Assembly (NCBI RefSeq): GCF_009914755.1
Contig: NC_060944.1
DNA: 64,000 nucleotides
DNA from: the human T2T-CHM13v2.0 reference genome, Homo sapiens
Direction: 5' to 3' (one strand)
The notes under the pieces: model-generated
Seen by the model: the letters and a program-made list of their open reading frames with translations, nothing else
The model's database searches: none
What the model was told of the DNA's origin: nothing
Program-made: the position numbers and the translations under genes
Shown here: piece after piece, positions 25,290 to 64,000 of the stretch
Position numbering within the stretch: position 1 is the stretch's first letter
Layout of the letters: each line of letters begins with the position of its first letter

Positions 25290-27985
<2,696 letters not shown>

Positions 27986-28229
27986 AAACGCTTCTCATGG
28001 ACAAAGCAGTTGGAGGTTGGCTTGTGGGTAGGCTATCCAGGGCTGGTATGGCAGCTTCATGGTATCATCAAAAACCCATAAGCTTAGGCCAGGCATGGTG
28101 GCTCACACCTGTAATCAAGCAGTTTAGGATGCGGAGGCCAGAGGATCACCTGAGCCCAGGAGTTCAGGACCAGCCTGGGCAATGTGGTGAAACCCTGTTT
28201 CTACAAAAAATCCCAAAACATTAGCCAGG

Positions 28230-30478
<2,249 letters not shown>

Positions 30479-30972
30479 TTACCTGGGCATGGGGGCACAT
30501 GCCTGTAGTCCCAGCCACTTGGGAGGCTGAGGTGGGAGGATCACCTGAGACCCAGGAAGTCGAGGCTACAGTGAGTGATGATGGCGCCACCGCACTCCGG
30601 CCCAGGAGCTGCTCATGTTATTTTACTGGCTTAACAGTGTTACGGCCAATGTCTCTGTGATTCTCTTGGCCTTTTCCTCATGATTGTGGCCTCAAGGAAT
30701 GTATTCTTCCATGAGCAACGTGTGATCAGCCTCTCCGAGTGAGGTGCCAAGAGTGTTCCCGTTTAATATCTCACAATTAAATCAGAACTATTTACTGGGC
30801 ATCATTTATTAAGCACTGTTTATTAAGCACTTTCTGAATGCCAGGCACCTTAAAAACATTCCCTCTAATTCTCACAATTCCCTACAAAGTTGAGATTATT
30901 ATCCTTATTTAAAAGACAAGAAGGTGAGAATCTGGAGGTTGAAATTTTTAATTTAAAAAAAGAGAGAGAGAG

Positions 30973-32895
<1,923 letters not shown>

Positions 32896-33067
32896 TTAAT
32901 TAATTTAATTAAATAAGAAAAAGGAGAGAGAAAGAGAGAAAATAAATCTCTTAGTCACGGGGTTAAGTAGAAAAAGCCAGTTGCAGAACAACATGGCCCC
33001 CATGTAGAGCAAAATTATGTATTTCTACATGTTTATGCCACAAATGCATAAAAATAAGATTTGGAAG

Positions 33068-33958
33068 TGATCACGGCAGGAGGCAGACAAACGCCTAGGC
33101 AGACGGGGCAGGTCCCTGGCGAAACTCCACCTCCAAGACAAAGACAGCTTGAAGCCTGAAAGCCAAGCTACAAGTCAAATCCACGAATGAGACTGAGAAC
33201 CTGTCTTCCTATTTGGTGCGCTTTCCTCTGATTGGTCCCCACCCTTCACCTAGTTTACATTTACCTACCCTTTCCTAATTGGTTTTTTACACTGTCCATG
33301 CCCACCTTTGAGTGATGTCTTTGCTTTAACCTTTTTTGCATACTCACAATCAGCATGTAGTCCCCATTCTGAGGCCATAAAAAGCCCCAGACCCAGCCAC
33401 AAGGAGAGAGAAACCACCCCCACCCCCACATCCCCTCTCCGCTGTGAGCTGTTCCGTCACTCCGTAAAATTATCTGCCCTCATCACCCTTCAGTCCTCCA
33501 CGTGACCTCATTCTTCTTGAACACTGGACAAGAGCTCGGGACCCACCAAGTGCGGGTACCCTGAAAGGCTGTCACACTGGCCCTCTGCCCTTCTAGGACG
33601 GCAGCTACCCCACGTGACAGGGCCAGGGGCCGACTGAGCTGCTAACACACCGACCATCCAGGGGGCTGTGGACAGTGGAACTAAAAGAGCTAATTAGCAC
33701 ACTAATACCCTCTCTGGGGCTTCAGGGTCGCAGGCATCCTTGCCTGGATGCCGCCATGTCCCCCTTGAGGCAATACACCTGGTGTGTCCACGGGCCCGCA
33801 TGGAGCTTGCTCCTGTGTCAGTGCTTGGAGTGGCTGGCCAGATCCCGCACTCACTCACGTGCTCCCTCCTGTAAGGGGGTGAGTGCGGCAGGCCAAGTAG
33901 ACAGGGCGCCCCTGCCGTGAGTCCAAAAAAAGAAAAGGCTGAGAAATATCCTGCATCA
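33068..33958 (+). mobile_element. ERV1 solo LTR (LTR27/LTR28-like; subfamily uncertain)
   Basis: TGA...TCA termini with exact 4-bp TSD GAAG (33064-33067, 33959-33962). CCAAT boxes and TATA-like CATAAAA at ~33377. Confidence 0.75.
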
Positions 33959-34591
33959 GAAGGATATAAACCACATTTATGACCTGTTATCTCTGGGGCA
34001 AGGATTGGCAGAAAGGGGCTGAGTGTGGTGGTTCACACCTGTAATCCTAGCACTCTGGGAGACTGAGGCAGGAGGATTGCTTGAACCCAGGAGTTTGAGA
34101 CCCCCCTGGGCAACATAGTGAAACCTCGTCTCTGCAAAAAAAATAAACAAAATTAGCCAGGTGTGGCACACACCTGTAGTCCCAGCTACTTGGGAGGCTT
34201 GGGAGGCTGAGATGGGAGGATTGCTTGAGCCCTGGTTAAGTTGAGGCTTCAGTGAGCTGAGATTGTGCTACTGTACTCCAGCATGGGTGACAGAGCAAGA
34301 CCCAGTCTAAAAAAAAAAAAAAAAAATAGAATTGGCAGAAAAGCCAAAAGAGAAATGTTGCTTTTTTTCCCCTGGACTCTGGTCACTAACTACCTATGTG
34401 ATCTTGAGCAGACTGTAGCACTTCTGTGCCTCAGGCTCCCCATCTGTAAAATAGGGACACATTCGTAGTTACTTGATAAATGGTTGTAAGGATTAAGTGA
34501 GTTAACATACATAAAACATGATAAAACATGAATAGTAGTGCCTGCTACAATGTTGGAATTAAATTTGTTTTCATTCTTCTGTGACTTTTCA

Positions 34592-34789
<198 letters not shown>

Positions 34790-35329
34790 CTACTCAGGAG
34801 GCTGAGGCAGGAGAATCGCTTGAACCCAGGAGGCAGAGGTTTCAGTGAGCCGAGATCGCACCATTGCACTCCAGCCTGGGCAAAAAGAGTGAAACTCTGT
34901 CTCAAAAATAATAATAATAATAATAATCTCTGTCTTGATCAGAAGTTGGGGAGAGTCTCCCCTCACCATTCCTTCAGGGTCTTATGCGGAGGAAAAGCTG
35001 TTAAAAAAAAAGTGTAAAGGTCAAAAGTAATAAGGAAATCATGCCCTCTGCAGGGAAGCAGCCACCATACCCAGCCCACACGGAACGTGGCTGTGGCTGA
35101 GCAGTGCCCCCAGCTCCTGGGTGGGCCTCTCCTCCCTTTTAAGAGTTTCTGTAAAAAGATTTTTGAGTTAAAAAAAAAAGTGCAAAGGATTATATTGGAG
35201 ACAGAGGGTTAAGACAATGACGCTAGGATAAAGACAAGCCTGTGGGTGGTGGAAAAGACTGGGTTGTGGGGTTGAGGGGGGGTCCAAGATCCAGTAGGCC
35301 TAGAATCCAAGAACAGAAGCTAATTATCC

Positions 35330-35794
<465 letters not shown>

Positions 35795-36441
35795 AGTCCC
35801 TAAGCACTGAAATTGGAAACAATGCCCTTGCCCCAATTTTTTAAAATGTCCCTGAACTGTAAAATAAATAAACATAAGGGGATTTCCCCAAGATGATTAC
35901 TTTTAAGTTTTATGAGGGAAAATGGTAAATGTCAAATTCTGTCCCTAAACCATATCTCATCTCTTTTGTTCCTCTGTAAGGGCTGAATCAGCCTGTTGGG
36001 TGACCCAGGCCTGCCCTGGGGGAGGGAGGAAATCCACACAACTGAGTCCTTTGAGCCTCTCCCCTGCCCTGAGTTCAGTAGCAGCTGGAAAGGGGCCCAG
36101 CTTTATGGGGGAACAATGGTGCCAGCCAGCTTCGGGTGAAACAAGGCTGAACAGCCTGGCTGGGTCTGGCCTGGGTCCAGAAGAGTGCCCCTTGCACCTG
36201 AGGGGTCCGCTCCCCTTCAGCAAAGGACAGATGAAGCCAGGGAAAGTGGAGAAAGAACTCCCTGGGCTTTCTCCGTGAACAGCTCTCTACGTAGAATCCC
36301 AGAATCACCCAGCCAGAGGACCTCAGTGTCCATGGAATCAAACTGCTCCATTGTACAGATGGGAAAACAAAGGCCCCAAAGGGGGCTGGAGCTTGCCTAA
36401 GGTCCTTCAGTAAGTCAGTGGCAAAGCTGGAGCCACAGTCA

Positions 36442-36899
<458 letters not shown>

Positions 36900-37087
36900 T
36901 CACCTGCCCATTGGAATGAGAAGCTCAGGATCTCAAGCATGAATGCCTCCAGGATAGAGGAGACCTGTGGGTACATGCCTGCCCCTACTCCTTCAAACTA
37001 ATATTTACTGTGACATAGTAACTTCCTGGCTTCAAAGCTCACCTCTAACGCTTCCCATGTATGTGACCTTGGGCAAATTACTTATCA

Positions 37088-38205
<1,118 letters not shown>

Positions 38206-38372
38206 ATCACACTTTGCCTCCTTTTCCTTAAAATGAGGATGATGGGAGGACTTGCTTTATGTAATCATGAGGATTCCATATGATACATGAAAAGAATCTG
38301 GCTAAGCTGGGTGCAGTGGCTCACGCCTGTAATCCCAACACTTTGGTAGCCCAAGGTAGGTGGATCGCTTCA

Positions 38373-38687
<315 letters not shown>

Positions 38688-39557
38688 CTAATCAAGAGGA
38701 GAGGTTGAGAGCTATATGAGGAAGGGCCAAAAGGAAAGATGAAGTAGCAACCCCCAGTCTCTTCATTTTCCTGGCAATTCAGCTCTGACTACATTTTCAT
38801 AGAACCTCCTAAGACAGAAGCCCCATGGGGAAACTTGATCTCCCTAGAAGGCAGTGTAGGGACTATTTATCACTCTGCAAGCATTCCCCTTCGGGTGCTC
38901 AGTCTTCATCATCCCCACGACTAGAACTTATCAACTAATTTCTTGCTTATCTACTAGGAGTCCCCAGTCAACAGAATTGACTCCATCTCAGCACTTTCCA
39001 GGGACATTCCCAACCTCTGGAAGCTATCCAACAAAGGCTTCCTTTGCTCCTTAATTTATCTCTGAGAAGCAGGTTTAAATTTTAGCTCTGCTGGGTTGGG
39101 CACAGTGGCTCACACCTGTAATCCCAGTGCTTTGGGGAGGATGAGGCAGGCAGATCACTTGAGGTCAGGAGTTCAAGACCAGCCTGGCCAACATGGGGAA
39201 ACCCCGTCTCTACCAAAAATTAGCTGGTCCTGTGATACACTAGCCTGTAGTCCCAGTTACTCAGGAGGCTGAGGTTAGAGGATCACGTGACCCCGGGAGG
39301 TGGAGATTGCAGTGAGCTGTGATGGCGCCGCTGTACCCTAGCATGGGTAACAGAGTGAGACCCTATCTCAAAAAAAAAGACCTAAACAAAAATTTTAGCT
39401 CTGCTACCGATTTGTCCTTTGTCAAGTTACTCAACCCCTTGAGCCTCATCTCCTCGTCTGCCAAGCAGAAATAGCGAATATTTGCTTCCGGGTTGTTGGG
39501 GGAAGAAAATGAAGCAAGACAGCAAGGTATGAATGCTTTATTGGATGGAAATAATAA

Positions 39558-46090
<6,533 letters not shown>

Positions 46091-46196
46091 TTGAAGACAT
46101 CTTTATAGAGGTATAATTGCCATACCATAAAATGCACACACTTTTAGTGTATAATTGAATGATTTATAGTAAATTTATTGAGTTGTACAACCACCA

Positions 46197-48045
<1,849 letters not shown>

Positions 48046-48076
48046 TCCCCCAAGTTGGATTAAATGCTAGCTCTAG

Positions 48077-48801
<725 letters not shown>

Positions 48802-48995
48802 GTGCTGTTCCATTTGGAAGTCAAGGCTGATGCCACCTAAGTGGGTTCCTGCTATCCTGCTACAAGGAACTTGAAGACATCCTCTTTCTTCATTGGCAGG
48901 ACATCAAGGGCTCTGGACATTGTGAAAGTTTCCCTTGAAGTTACAATGGGAATCCAGAACAACGTCACATGGACCCCTCCATGGGTAACACAGAA
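48802..48995 (-). pseudogene. RPSA: Processed pseudogene fragment of RPSA (40S ribosomal protein SA / laminin receptor): 5'UTR plus first ~37 codons
   Basis: Minus strand GGGGTCCAT...CGTTGTTCTGGATTCCC...AGGGAAACTTTCACA ATG(48920) gives MSRALDVLPMKKEDVFKFLVAG*, versus RPSA [22 protein letters not shown]. An 8-bp duplication TAGCAGGA creates the stop. Downstream THLGG..LDFQMEQ continues in a shifted frame. Confidence 0.92.
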
Positions 48996-49069
48996 AGCAA
49001 ATGGTGTCTTTTAAGATACAGAAAAATTTGAATTTTGATGGTTTCATTGACCAATTTTTCCTTTTATAG

Positions 49070-50809
<1,740 letters not shown>

Positions 50810-51025
50810 AAAAGTTGTTTTAAATGACCATTTATGGCACCACCTAAAATCATCTTGTGTACATCTGTCACTGCCCAACCCCTTGAAAGATGTTGGTTTA
50901 AAGGTTCAGAGTGAGGGCTCTAGGTCGGGCCGATCAAATGTGAATCCTGATTCCATCAATTACTAGCTGATCTCAGGGAAGTCGCCTAACCACTCTGGGA
51001 TAGTTGCCTCAGCTGAAAAATCAAC

Positions 51026-52005
<980 letters not shown>

Positions 52006-52289
52006 TTTGTTTGTTTGTTTTTGAGACTGAAATCTCCAGTGAGAACTTTAGGCAAGAAATTATTCAGGTCTGTAATTTGTAGAGATAGGCCAGTGGGGCT
52101 TTCCTGGAAGAAGGATAACTTTAGGTTTGAGAACAAGAAAAGAAGGAACTGAGGATAATGAGCAGGACTAGAAGAAGCTCTGACATGCTGATTATTATCT
52201 AAGGCTGTTCTTTAGTCTTGCAGTTGCCCCTCTGAAGCTCAAATCTCCCCAAAATTGCAGGGGGATGTGCTGAGAGCTCCTTATGGTGA

Positions 52290-56234
<3,945 letters not shown>

Positions 56235-56262
56235 TAGAAAGTGTATTATAAAGCCTTGGAAG

Positions 56263-56452
56263 TAGAGTTGCCAAATAAAATATAGAATGCCCAGTTAAAT
56301 TTTAATTTTAGATAAACAATGAGAAAAATTTTAGTAATAGTATGTTACATGCAATAGCTGCACATATTTATACTAAAAATTATCTGTTGTTTATCTGAAA
56401 TTCAAATTTAACTGGGCATTCTATATATTTATTTTCTAAATCTGGCAACCTG
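56263..56452. mobile_element. MER53 palindromic hAT MITE
   Basis: GTTGCCAAATAAAATATAGAATGCCCAGTTAAATTTTAATTTTAGATAAACAA ... TTGTTTATCTGAAATTCAAATTTAACTGGGCATTCTATA...TGGCAACC forms a long inverted repeat. Confidence 0.88.
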
Positions 56453-57361
56453 GGACCACGGACAGAACTTGTGTACCTTATTTCAAGGAGAAGTAAACAT
56501 TCTTAAACAGAAATAATAAGCCATCACACCTAGCCTTAAGTGGTCTCTTTGGATCCAGATCTCAGGCCCTCAGAAGTCTCGTGGTGTCTTCTCTCCATTA
56601 ACACACAGTTTTTCAAACCTTCCTCTGGCAAGTGAAAGCAAAGAGGCTCCAGGAAAGAGGGGGACAGCAGTATGACTAAGTGTTCTGCAGGGAAATCTGG
56701 TAAGAGGCAGGTGGCATGTGGGCCGCTGGGGTTTTTCTCCCAACTCCTTCCAGCTCTGCATCCCTGCTTCCTGCCCTCCTCCTCTCCTAGGAGGCCTAGG
56801 AACCTCCTTCCCTTGCTGGTGACAGGCTCCTCCAGGTTTCTGGCCCCTGCTTTAGCAGGGCTAGTCCTGTCCTGGATTGGCACAGGTGTCATAGGCAGAA
56901 GGAAGGTAAAGGTGGCTCAGTTTTATCAACCACTGATCCTGCATTCTGACCAGGCCAAGACCAGGCTGAGTTCTGGATCAGGGAACTTGGGAGCTAGAAC
57001 CACATAGCATGGGAGAATGAGGAAATGGCCAGGCTGGGATTCCCTGCCCTCACAAACTCGGCTTCTTCTTGGACAATCACCAACTACAAACCCGGGATGT
57101 TCTAGAATCTTTACAACATCCTAGGAGGTAGGTTCTATTAGATTCATTTAGAGATTTGGATACTGAGGTTCAGGTGACTTTGCCTAAGAACCCCTGCCCC
57201 CCCGCCCCCACCCCACAAGCAATTTATTGACATAATAAGGACTAGATCCTTGATACATATGCCGCTGAAGCCGAAATTACTAACTCCTGTTAGATGCTGC
57301 CTCGCAGATGAGAGCTGACCCATCCTGTTGGCATTAGTAAGAAGGTTAGGATAGCATAGTC

Positions 57362-58780
<1,419 letters not shown>

Positions 58781-58892
58781 ATGTATTTGTTTTAAGTAAA
58801 CTTTTATTGATGTATAATATGAATAGAGAAAAATGCAGAAATCATAAGTATATGGCTTAATTAATTTTCACAAAGTGAGAAAGCCTGTGTAC

Positions 58893-60744
<1,852 letters not shown>

Positions 60745-61042
60745 GTAACACCACCCAGATCAGGGCACAGAACATTATTACCTATCCTGAGAGGTGTCTT
60801 TGTGCCTTCTTCCAGGTACACCCTCCCCTCAAAGAGTAACCAGTATCCTGACTTCTAACACCATAGACTAGTTTTGCCTAACCTTACATAGTTTTTAAAA
60901 TTGTAGGTGAATACAGAATCTGGAGCTACAGGACTTAGGGTTAGATCCCTGGTTCCTGGCTGAGTGATCTTCAACAAGCCATTTAATTTCTGTCACACTC
61001 AGTTTTCTTCTCTGTATAATGGTCATAAAAATACCTTGTACT

Positions 61043-63940
<2,898 letters not shown>

Positions 63941-64000
63941 ACAACTAAGTTATAAACTAAGCTATATAGCCCATTGGTTCTCAAATTATGATTTCACTCA

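Overview
Primate (most likely human) genomic DNA with very dense repeats: roughly 100 Alu pieces by eye, plus ERV/MaLR solo LTRs, L1/L2/MIR remnants and DNA-transposon fossils. The only real coding sequence is coding exon 1 of AHCY (S-adenosylhomocysteine hydrolase) on the minus strand at 4381-4354 (MSDKLPYKV|GTGAGT), inside a CpG-island promoter. A second CpG island at about 12.4-13.2 kb fits the known upstream alternative AHCY first exon. The rest is intergenic DNA; in human chr20q11.22 it leads towards ITCH, but no ITCH sequence is visible here. Almost all ORFs in the supplied track are Alu, L1 or GC-content artefacts. I found no evidence for a new protein-coding system. The most unusual signals are structural or regulatory. 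(1) An inverted ~257-bp templated insertion inside an Alu, copied from 15.5 kb away. (2) A three-level nest: AluJ > [AluS + orphan polyadenylated sequence] > L1PA. (3) A 5'-only RPSA retrocopy. (4) Repeated Alu insertions at identical positions in three MER41 LTRs. (5) GAS-bearing MER41B LTRs. (6) A six-site AP-1 cluster. (7) A ~150-bp orphan insert with target-site duplications (TSDs). Repeat subfamily names come from recalled consensus sequences and boundaries are approximate unless a TSD is given.
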